DNA of 62,521 nucleotides from Candidatus Limnocylindria bacterium (GTDB lineage Bacteria > Chloroflexota > Limnocylindria > P2-11E). Shown piece after piece: positions 1 to 7,141 of the stretch (its first letter is position 1; each line of letters opens with the position of its first letter). Both the position numbers and the translations under genes were made by a program. Location: assembly GCA_036276035.1 (NCBI GenBank), contig DASUCM010000009.1, positions 1 through 62,521 of the forward strand, in the 5' to 3' direction. The notes under the pieces were generated by a model. That model searched no databases. It saw nothing but the letters and a program-made list of their open reading frames with translations, and had not been told where the DNA came from.

Positions 1-248
1 AGCCGCACGTTCAGCGGCCGGCGCTTCACCGCGGCGGGCTCCTGCGCGACGAGCCCGGTGAGCGGCCAGCGCACGATCGGCGTCGGCGTCGGGGTCGGCG
101 TGGGCGTCGGGGCGGGGGTCGACGGTCGCGTCGTGGCCGTCGGGGCGACGCTCGGCGCCGGGGTGGTCTGGGTCGCCGTGCCCCCGCCGCAGGCGGCGAT
201 GAGGAGGGCGAGCGCAGGCAGGAAGGCGAGCCACCGGTTGCTTGTCAT
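1..248 (-). CDS. DUF3048-like lipoprotein, N-terminal fragment (ORF continues past the left window edge)
   Basis: Reverse-strand ATG at 248-246 gives MTSNRWLAFLPALALLIAACGGG (signal peptide plus lipobox Cys). A (PT)n linker follows, then VRWPLTGL..KRRPLNVR, which parallels KAVWPLRG..KRRPIVVRVPND of the next ORF. It is missing from the ORF track only because it has no stop inside the window. Confidence 0.6.
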   Translation of the reverse strand, partial: MTSNRWLAFLPALALLIAACGGGTATQTTPAPSVAPTATTRPSTPAPTPTPTPTPTPIVRWPLTGLVAQEPAAVKRRPLNVR

Positions 249-312
249 GTGACGCGTCAAGCGTAGCAGCGCAAGACACGCGGCCGGGTGGCGAAGCGGT
301 GTCGCGACGCGC

Positions 313-1311
313 TCACTTGCCGAGCTCGTAGCTCAGCGGGACGACGTGGATCCAGGTAAGACCCGGACGCAGCGCGATGACGCCCCCGCCCGCGTCCTTG
401 AACGCATAGTTCCCGTCGCCGCTGCGCTCCCACGTCCCGTCGAAGCGCTTGCCATCGCTGAGCACGACGACAGGTCCGGTCCCGGTCGAGCGGATCTCGA
501 GCGAGAGCGAGCCGTGCTCGTCCTCGACGAGGCCCGGCACCTCCGAGATCTCGGTCTTGATGACCACGACGTTCGTCGGAACGACCTCCTGCTTCGTCGC
601 GTCGTCGATCGTCGCCTGCCCGCCCTGCGCGCGCTTGAAGCCGGAGCCCTGCGGCGTGTACTCGACGCGCGTCGACGCGGAGTAGGGGACGACGAACGAG
701 GTCACCGCCGTGCCGCCGGACGCGTTCCCGAACGCGAGGGGCGGGACGTCGACCTTCGCATCGTCCTTCGCCGCCTCGCGGATGCGCTTCGTGGACGTGT
801 AGACGTTCTGCGGCGCGGGTCGCTCGGTCACGCGATCGAACGCGGCCGCGTGCTCGAACTGGTCGACGTCGACGAACCGCCCGCTCTTCGCCGCGTCGCG
901 GATGCGCTGCAGGACGGTGCCCTGCGCGCCGACGTGCGCGAGGATGCCGCGCAGCATCGGCAGGTAGTGGAGGTCCGAGAGCCGCGCGCTGCGGATCGGC
1001 CCGACCTTGTCCGCGTCCTGCGAGTGGTAGACGACGGCGTACCGCGTGATGCCCCCCTCGACGAGCATCTCGAACACGACGTCGGCCGCGGCGAGCCCGG
1101 CCTGCGGGCGTGCTGACGGATCGTTCGGCACGCGCACGACGATCGGCCGGCGCTTCGTCGCGTCCGCGCTCGGCGCGTCGGTCCCGCGCAGCGGCCAGAC
1201 CGCCTTCGCCGCTGCCGGCGGCGACGCGGTCGGTCCGCCCGGCGCGGGGGCGTCGGCCCCGCCGCCGCACGCGGCGACGACGACGAGCGCGGTAACGGCA
1301 AGCGCGCGCAC
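313..1311 (-). CDS. DUF3048-family secreted lipoprotein
   Basis: Track ORF 313..1389. I place the start at GTG 1311-1309 (VRALAVTALVVVAACGGG, signal peptide plus lipobox) rather than TTG 1389. The body (RPIVVRVPNDPSARPQAGL..VFEMLVEGGITRY) fits my recollection of DUF3048/YerB-like proteins. Confidence 0.75.
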   Translation of the reverse strand: MRALAVTALVVVAACGGGADAPAPGGPTASPPAAAKAVWPLRGTDAPSADATKRRPIVVRVPNDPSARPQAGLAAADVVFEMLVEGGITRYAVVYHSQDADKVGPIRSARLSDLHYLPMLRGILAHVGAQGTVLQRIRDAAKSGRFVDVDQFEHAAAFDRVTERPAPQNVYTSTKRIREAAKDDAKVDVPPLAFGNASGGTAVTSFVVPYSASTRVEYTPQGSGFKRAQGGQATIDDATKQEVVPTNVVVIKTEISEVPGLVEDEHGSLSLEIRSTGTGPVVVLSDGKRFDGTWERSGDGNYAFKDAGGGVIALRPGLTWIHVVPLSYELGK

Positions 1312-1400
1312 GGGGCCGTCCCGGTGCAATCCGCGGGCCTGCCGGAGTGCTAGCGTCTCGCGCGCACGACCCACCCACCGGCGAAACAAGGGAGGAGCCC

Positions 1401-2312
1401 ATGCGCAAGGCCATCGCCGCCTACCTCGTCGCGTTCCTCGTCGCCTCGGCGCTCATCGCCGCGCCCGCGAACGCCGCCGTCGTCGACACGTACGACTGCG
1501 CGGAGGTGCCGGCCATCACGCCGGAGCTCGACCACGACGTCGCGCGCGGCGACGACATCGTCAAGGAGCCGACGATCGACGAGCCCACCGAAGCGCTCCC
1601 GGCGAGCGCGCGCGGCAAGGGCAGCTCCAAGTTCCGCGCAACGGTCCCCGTGTACTTCCACGTCGTCAGCCTCGATGGTGTCATCGGCAACGTCTCGGAC
1701 GAGGCGATCGCGAAGCAGATCGAGGTCATGAACCTCGCCTTCGACGGCACCTACGGCGGCGTGAAGACGGGCTTCAGGTTCGAGCTCGCCGGCATCACGC
1801 GCACGGTGAATGCGGAGTGGTACTACGCGGGGCCGACGACCCCGGGCGAGACCGCCATGAAGAAGGCGCTCACCACCGGCGCTCCGCACGCGCTCAACTA
1901 CTACTCGACGACCGCCGGCCCGTACCTCGGGTGGGCGTACTTCCCGGGTCTGCCGGCCGCGCGCATGTTCCTCGACGGCATCGTCGTCGACTGGGAGTCC
2001 ATGCTTGGCACCTCCACCCGCTACGCGGGCCGCTACGACCTCGGCCTCACGGCCGTTCACGAGGCGGGCCACTGGGTCGGCCTGCATCACGTCTTCAACG
2101 GAGGCTGCAACCACTGGGGCGACTATGTCGACGACACGCCGAAGCAGCTCACGGCGACCCGTGGGTGCCCGACCGGGCAGGACAGCTGCTCCGCCCCCGG
2201 CATCGACTCGATCCACAACTACATGGACTACTCGTACGACTCGTGCTACTTCGAGTTCACCGCGGGTCAGACCCTTCGCATGCAGGACCACTGGCTGCAC
2301 TTCCGCCAGTAG
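1401..2312 (+). CDS. secreted zinc metalloprotease, M43 (pappalysin/ulilysin-like) family
   Basis: ATG 1401 is preceded by GGGAGGA. Signal peptide MRKAIAAYLVAFLVASALIAAPANA. Extended zinc motif HEAGHWVGLHH, then a Cys-rich segment GGCNHWGDYVDDTP. Confidence 0.85.
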   Translation: MRKAIAAYLVAFLVASALIAAPANAAVVDTYDCAEVPAITPELDHDVARGDDIVKEPTIDEPTEALPASARGKGSSKFRATVPVYFHVVSLDGVIGNVSDEAIAKQIEVMNLAFDGTYGGVKTGFRFELAGITRTVNAEWYYAGPTTPGETAMKKALTTGAPHALNYYSTTAGPYLGWAYFPGLPAARMFLDGIVVDWESMLGTSTRYAGRYDLGLTAVHEAGHWVGLHHVFNGGCNHWGDYVDDTPKQLTATRGCPTGQDSCSAPGIDSIHNYMDYSYDSCYFEFTAGQTLRMQDHWLHFRQ

Positions 2313-2396
2313 CGGCCACGCACCCTGATGACGCGGACACGCCCCGGTCGGATGACCGGGGCGTGTCGCGCTCTGGGGTGGTGGGGTGTCGTCGAG

Positions 2397-2816
2397 CTAG
2401 CGGCGGGCCTTCGCTGCTCCCGCCGTTGCCTGGCCGAACGCCTTGCCGTCTGCCTTCGCGGCCGCTGCGGTCTCGGCGCCGGACGTGTCGTTGTCGGAGT
2501 CCTCGTCGTTGTCGGAGTCCTCGTTGTCGACGTCCTCGTCCTCGTCGTCGTCACCGCGCGACTTCGCGGCCTCGCTCGTGGCCTCGCCGTGCGCGCTCGC
2601 CGCCGCGCTGACGATCGCTCCCTTGCCCGGGCCGCTCTCCGTCTCGCGCGCGAGCTCGGAGATCGCCGTGCCATGCGCGCGCGCGACCGCGCCCGCATCC
2701 GAACCGTCGATGTCCGCCTGGATGTCGTCCTCGCTCGCGAGCGCGGCGCCGCCGGATACGGCGAGGCTCGTGGCGACGAGCAGCCCAGCGAGCTTGTGCG
2801 TCATGTGGATCTTCAT
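2397..2816 (-). CDS. small secreted acidic protein, unknown function
   Basis: Signal peptide MKIHMTHKLAGLLVATSLAVSGGAALA. Internal AHG(T/E)A..SE.A repeats and a D/E/N/S-rich stretch. Strong third-position GC in this frame. Confidence 0.55.
   Translation of the reverse strand: MKIHMTHKLAGLLVATSLAVSGGAALASEDDIQADIDGSDAGAVARAHGTAISELARETESGPGKGAIVSAAASAHGEATSEAAKSRGDDDEDEDVDNEDSDNDEDSDNDTSGAETAAAAKADGKAFGQATAGAAKARR
2488..2523. repeat. perfect 18-bp tandem duplication (2 units: tcgttgtcggagtcctcg) inside the acidic region of the 2397..2816 gene
   Basis: Read directly: units at 2488-2505 and 2506-2523, followed by a partial third copy (ttgtcg). In frame, encoding repeated D-S-D-N-D/E-E. Confidence 0.9.
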
Positions 2817-2951
2817 GTGTCCCCTTCCGACAGGTGTTGTCGAAAGGCCTATCGGATGAAAGGGCCGATCCGTTTGGCGTCACGCATCACCCGGTCGGCA
2901 GGCGGGCGAGCGAGCCCGGCTAAAGCGAACAGGCGAGCGTGGGCTTGCTGG

Positions 2952-3824
2952 TCAGCGCCCCTTGAGCGCTTCCTTCAGCAGGCCCGGGATCTCGCTCGGC
3001 GCGTTCGCGACGGGGATGCCCGCCTCCCCGAACGCGCGCACCTTCGACTCGGCTGTGCCCTGGTTGCCCGAGACGATCGCGCCGGCATGGCCCATCCGCT
3101 TGCCGGGGGGCGCCGAGCGTCCGGCGATGAACGCGACCGCCGGCTTCCGCCCGTGCGCGCGCATGTAGTCGGCCGCCTTCTCCTCGGCGCTGCCGCCGAT
3201 CTCGCCGACGATGACGATGGCTTCCGTCGCGTCGTCCTCGTTCAGCAGCCGGACCGCGTCGGGCGTCGGCAGCCCGATGACCGGGTCGCCGCCGATGCCG
3301 AGGCAGGTGGACTGGCCGAGCCCGGCCTTCGTGAGCAGGTCGGCGATCTCATAGGTGAGCGTCCCGCTGCGGGAGACGAAGCCGATGCCGCCGGGCGAGA
3401 AGTTCTCCGCCGGCATGATCCCGATCTTGCACTCGCCGGGCGTGATCGCGCCCGGGCAGTTCGGGCCGATGAGCACGGTGTCGCTCTGCCGGAGCACCGC
3501 CGCGACCGTGACCATGTCCCGGATGGGGATGCCCTCGGTGATCGCGACGACGAGGTCGATCCCCGAGTCGATCGCTTCGAGGATCGCGTCCCGGGCCGCC
3601 TGCGCGGGCACGAAGACGATCGTCGCGTTGGCACCGGTGGCCTCCACCGCCTGCGCGACGGTGTCGAAGAGCGGGATCCCGTCCTGCGTCGTCCCCCCCT
3701 TGCCGGGCTTCGTCGCGCCGACGACGCGCGTGCCGTACTCGATCATCCGCGCCGCGTGGAACGCGCCCTCGCGGCCGAGGCCCTGCACGAGGACCTTCGT
3801 GCCCTTCCCGAGCAGCACGCTCAT
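2952..3824 (-). CDS. sucD: succinyl-CoA synthetase alpha subunit
   Basis: 290 aa: MSVLLGKGTKVLVQGLGREGAFH.., ..SRSGTLTYE.., GHAGAIV. ATGA overlap with the sucC stop (3821-3824). Confidence 0.95.
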   Translation of the reverse strand: MSVLLGKGTKVLVQGLGREGAFHAARMIEYGTRVVGATKPGKGGTTQDGIPLFDTVAQAVEATGANATIVFVPAQAARDAILEAIDSGIDLVVAITEGIPIRDMVTVAAVLRQSDTVLIGPNCPGAITPGECKIGIMPAENFSPGGIGFVSRSGTLTYEIADLLTKAGLGQSTCLGIGGDPVIGLPTPDAVRLLNEDDATEAIVIVGEIGGSAEEKAADYMRAHGRKPAVAFIAGRSAPPGKRMGHAGAIVSGNQGTAESKVRAFGEAGIPVANAPSEIPGLLKEALKGR

Positions 3825-4963
3825 CGTGATGCCCGCGCGGCGCGGACCGCCTCGGCGGCCGCCTCGTCCATCGTCGCCTTCGAGATGAGCGGTGCGCCCT
3901 CGAGGAGCTTGCGGCCGGCCTCGGCCTCGGTGCCCGAGAGGCGGATGACGAGCGGGACCTTCGGCGGGTCCTTCGCGATGACGGAGAGGATCCCCTTCGC
4001 GACCTCGTCGCCACGCGTGATGCCGCCGAAGATGTTGATGAACACGCTGCGCACGCGCGGGTTCGCGAGGACGATCTCGAGCGCCGCCCGGACGACGTCC
4101 TCCTTCGCGCCGCCGCCGACGTCCAGGAAGTTCGCGGCACGTCCGCCGGCGTTGCGCACGGCGTCGAGCGTGCCCATGACCAGACCGGCGCCGTTCCCGA
4201 TGATGCCGACGTCCCCCTCGAGCTGGACGTACGAGAACCCGAGCCCGCGCGCCTTCTCCTCAGCGGCCTCGTCCGGCGCCACCTCGCGCAGCTTCGCGAG
4301 CTCGAGCTGCCGGAAGAGCGCGTTGTCATCGACGTCGAGCTTCGCGTCGCCTGCGATGACCGAGCCGTCCTCCTGGATGAACAGCGGATTGATCTCGAGC
4401 AGCGTCGCGTCGGTCTCCTCGTACGTGCGGTACAGGCGCTGCGCGATGTCGGCGACCGCGTCGCGCTGCGCCGCGTCGACGCCCGCCGCAAAGCAGAGCG
4501 CCCGCGCTTCGAACGGCAGGAGACCGAGCAGCGGGCTCGGCCAGCGCCGCGCGATCTTCTCCGGCGTCGACGCCGCGACCTCCTCGATGTCCATGCCACC
4601 CACCGTGGACAGCATCACGACCGGGCAGCGCAGGTCCCGGTCGAGCGTGATGCCGAGGTAGAGCTCCTTCGCGATCTTCGCGGCGCGCTCGACGTACACC
4701 TTCTCGACGCGCAGCCCCTTGATGTCCATCCCGAGGATGGCCTCGGCATGGGAGCGCGCCTCGGCCGGCGTCTTCGCGAGCTTGATGCCGCCGGCCTTGC
4801 CACGCCCGCCGACGTGGACCTGCGCCTTCACGACCCACGGCCCGGTACCCATGGCGCGCGCCGCCGCTTCCACCTCGGCCGGCGTCGTCGCGACGCGTCC
4901 CTCGGGGATCGCGATGCCCGCCCGCGCGAGGACCTGCTTCGCCTGGAACTCGTGGAGCTTCAC
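3821..4963 (-). CDS. sucC: succinyl-CoA synthetase beta subunit (ATP-grasp)
   Basis: 380 aa: MKLHEFQAKQVLARAGI.., VVKAQVHVGGRGKAGGIK.., INIFGGITR. Confidence 0.95.
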   Translation of the reverse strand: MKLHEFQAKQVLARAGIAIPEGRVATTPAEVEAAARAMGTGPWVVKAQVHVGGRGKAGGIKLAKTPAEARSHAEAILGMDIKGLRVEKVYVERAAKIAKELYLGITLDRDLRCPVVMLSTVGGMDIEEVAASTPEKIARRWPSPLLGLLPFEARALCFAAGVDAAQRDAVADIAQRLYRTYEETDATLLEINPLFIQEDGSVIAGDAKLDVDDNALFRQLELAKLREVAPDEAAEEKARGLGFSYVQLEGDVGIIGNGAGLVMGTLDAVRNAGGRAANFLDVGGGAKEDVVRAALEIVLANPRVRSVFINIFGGITRGDEVAKGILSVIAKDPPKVPLVIRLSGTEAEAGRKLLEGAPLISKATMDEAAAEAVRAARASR

Positions 4964-5115
4964 TGGGGATGGCGAGGATAGCCCGCGAGCGCCGGATGCA
5001 TCGCGCGACGCACGCTCGCCGTTCGTCGAACGACGGCGGGCGGGTGCGCTCGCGAGCGGTGCTGGCGGCCCTGTCCCGGCAGTCTTCGCGCATGCCGGCG
5101 ATGTGGAGGACGACG

Positions 5116-5319
5116 ATGGAGCTGCTGGACACGATCCGACTCGCGATGCAGGACGCGGCCCGGGCGGAGCGCCTCATGGCCGACGAGCGCTTCGTGCAGA
5201 GCCTCCGCCGCTATCCGGCGGCGGCCCTCCGCACCTTCGCCCTGGCGCACCCGGGGGCATTGCCCGAGGAGCGGCTCCGCCGGGTCGAGCGCAACGTCCT
5301 TCTTCGCCGCATCGCCTAG
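5116..5319 (+). CDS. small hypothetical protein (67 aa)
   Basis: ATG 5116 is preceded by GGAGGA about 8 nt upstream. Third-position GC is high. The longer track ORF (4969..5319) has an Arg-rich, junk-like N-terminus. Confidence 0.35.
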   Translation: MELLDTIRLAMQDAARAERLMADERFVQSLRRYPAAALRTFALAHPGALPEERLRRVERNVLLRRIA

Positions 5320-5337
5320 ACGTACAGTGCGCGCCCG

Positions 5338-5877
5338 GTGCGGCGCGTATCAGTGGTGGGGTCGGGATCGGGCGCGGGCAAGACCTCCTTCGCCCGCGCC
5401 CTCGCGCGTCGCATCGGAGTGCCCTTCATCGAGCTCGACGCGATCCACTGGCAGCTCGGCGGCTGGACCATGCCTGAGCGCGAGGTGTTCCGCGGCTGGG
5501 TGGAGGAGGCGACGCGGGGCCCGGCCTGGGTCGTCGACGGCAACTACTCGGCATCGCGCGACCTCGTTTGGGCCCGTGCCGACACCGTGGTCTGGCTCGA
5601 CCTTCCCCCGGCCGTGATGCTCTGGCGCACGGTCCGCCGTACGGTCTCGCGCTCCCTGCGGCGGGAGGTGCTCTGGGGAGGGAACCGGGAGTCGATCTGG
5701 AACGCGCTCGCCGGGAAGGACGCGCTCATCCCGTTCTTCATCCGCACGTACCGCGGGCGGCGGCGACGCTTCGCGCGCGAGCTGGCCCTGCCGGAGCACG
5801 CGCATCTCCGGGTGCACCGCTTCCGCTCGAGCGCGGAGGCCGAACGCTGGCTGCGCAGCATTCCGCCGGTCCCGTAG
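5338..5877 (+). CDS. P-loop NTPase, adenylate-kinase-like / FlaR-type
   Basis: Walker A GSGSGAGKTS at the N-terminus, about 180 aa, ..VVDGNY.. core typical of small nucleotide-kinase-fold proteins. Confidence 0.7.
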   Translation: MRRVSVVGSGSGAGKTSFARALARRIGVPFIELDAIHWQLGGWTMPEREVFRGWVEEATRGPAWVVDGNYSASRDLVWARADTVVWLDLPPAVMLWRTVRRTVSRSLRREVLWGGNRESIWNALAGKDALIPFFIRTYRGRRRRFARELALPEHAHLRVHRFRSSAEAERWLRSIPPVP

Positions 5878-6020
5878 AGCACACGCCGGCCGCGTCGTGC
5901 GGGGTCGTCCGCCCGCCGCCGCGGCCCGAGCCTTCCCCGTAGCGGAAGGAAGGTGGCCGGGATGACCTGGGAAGACGCGACGCCCCCCACCGCGTGGCGC
6001 CGCCTTCGGGAGCGGGTCGT

Positions 6021-6638
6021 CTAGGCAGACAGGGCGCGCGCGAGCACCGCGACGCCCAGCAACACGACGATGAGGCTCCCGCCCAGCGAGGCCCAGGCGC
6101 GCGCCGAGGGGGGCAGCCGGCCGTGAAGAGCGCCTGAGATCGTTGCGAGCAGGAGCTGCCAGGCCGCGGACGCCGTGAACACGCCGAGCGCGAACGCCGG
6201 GACGCTCTGGATGGCCGTGCCTCCGAGTCCGATGGCGATCGCGACGAAGTACCCGAGCGTCGCAGGGTTCGCGGCGGTGAGGCCGGCGAAACGGAGGTAG
6301 GTGGATACGAGGTCACGTGTGGCGGCGGTCGCCGTGGGCTGCTCCGCCGCCGCCCGGCGGGAGCGGACCGCGGTCCACATCCCGATCACGACGAGCGTGA
6401 CGCCCGTGGCGAGCTGGAGCGTGCGCTCGGCTCCCGCGAGCATCGCCGACACCGCGGAGCCGAGGAGGAGCGCCGACAGGGCGTAGCCGAAGTCCACGCT
6501 CGCGGCGCCGAGCCCCGCGGCCGCCGCGGGGGCGAAGCCGCGGCGCAGGCCGGTGGTCATGATGAGCGTGGCGATCGCGCCCGGCGGCATGGCGATCGCG
6601 AGGCCCGCGAGCGCGCCGGTCGCGAACGACTCGATCAG
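6021..6638 (-). CDS. LysE-family amino-acid/metabolite exporter
   Basis: Six-TM pattern; N-terminal LIESFATGALAGLAIAMPPGAIATLIM resembles the LysE/RhtB N-terminus. The start is assigned to CTG 6638-6636 (CTGA overlap with the upstream stop) because no canonical start lies in the 28 codons upstream. See finding. Confidence 0.7.
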   Translation of the reverse strand: MIESFATGALAGLAIAMPPGAIATLIMTTGLRRGFAPAAAAGLGAASVDFGYALSALLLGSAVSAMLAGAERTLQLATGVTLVVIGMWTAVRSRRAAAEQPTATAATRDLVSTYLRFAGLTAANPATLGYFVAIAIGLGGTAIQSVPAFALGVFTASAAWQLLLATISGALHGRLPPSARAWASLGGSLIVVLLGVAVLARALSA

Positions 6639-7135
6639 AGGTGGCGCCGGCTTTCCTGCTCGATGTCGGCGATGAGGCGCCGCGCGCCCGTGATGACGAC
6701 CTCCAGGGCGTCGGCGATGGACTTGCGCGCCGCCGGCTCGAGGTCGGTCGGCAGCTCGTCCTCGTCGAGGATCTCGATCGCTCCGCCCGGTCGCACCAGC
6801 ACGTCCACGACGAGGTCGCGGTACGCGACGAGCCCCGGAGCGATCTCGGTCTGGTCCGCGATGTTCACGTAGTGGGCGAGCGTGCGGCCTTCGTTGACCC
6901 AGTGGTAGACGTTGTACGGCCGGTCGACCCAGTAGTGGGAGATCGTGGCCGTGCCCTTCGGGATGAGGATCGTGCCGGCGACGTGCCAGTCCCGGTCGAG
7001 GACGTAGCGGAGCACCGCACGCCTGCCGGATTCGAGGACGAGGACCTCGCAGACGAACTCCTCGATGGTCCCATCGAGGCGGGTCTTCCGCTCGATGACG
7101 GTTTGACGGTCCACTACGCGCCGGTAGCATGACAT
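6635..7135 (-). CDS. DUF402-domain protein (FAU-1/RNase G-E-related fold)
   Basis: MSCYRRVVDRQTVIERKTRLDG..HYWVDRPYNVYHW..YRDLVVDVLV fits DUF402. The track ORF extends to 7741 only through Arg/Asp-rich sequence antisense to the next gene. Alternative start at GTG 7114. Confidence 0.7.
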   Translation of the reverse strand: MSCYRRVVDRQTVIERKTRLDGTIEEFVCEVLVLESGRRAVLRYVLDRDWHVAGTILIPKGTATISHYWVDRPYNVYHWVNEGRTLAHYVNIADQTEIAPGLVAYRDLVVDVLVRPGGAIEILDEDELPTDLEPAARKSIADALEVVITGARRLIADIEQESRRHL

Positions 7136-7141
7136 CGCCGG

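Noticed and set aside
58-130. GGCGTC/GGGGTC hexamer-like repeats (possible microsatellite or array)
   Set aside because: This is the reverse complement of a (Pro-Thr)n linker in the lipoprotein at 1..248. It is imperfect and coding, and is not a CRISPR or non-coding VNTR.
257-1414. 385-aa minus-strand ORF, plus 346..1116(+), 828..1301(-) and 1046..2611(+), overlapping the DUF3048 and M43 genes
   Set aside because: The translations are Arg/Ala/Pro/Gly-rich low-complexity sequence in frames shifted from, or antisense to, clearly recognisable genes. These are typical GC-driven shadow ORFs.
2328-4661. 777-aa plus-strand ORF across the sucD/sucC region (also 3349..4599(-) and 4326..5177(-))
   Set aside because: It is antisense or out of frame to unmistakable sucCD, and has junk-like composition.
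6639-7130. Long version of the LysE ORF starting at ATG 7130
   Set aside because: The extra roughly 160 codons are Arg/Pro/Gly junk lying entirely inside the DUF402 gene in another frame. The LysE homology begins at 6638.
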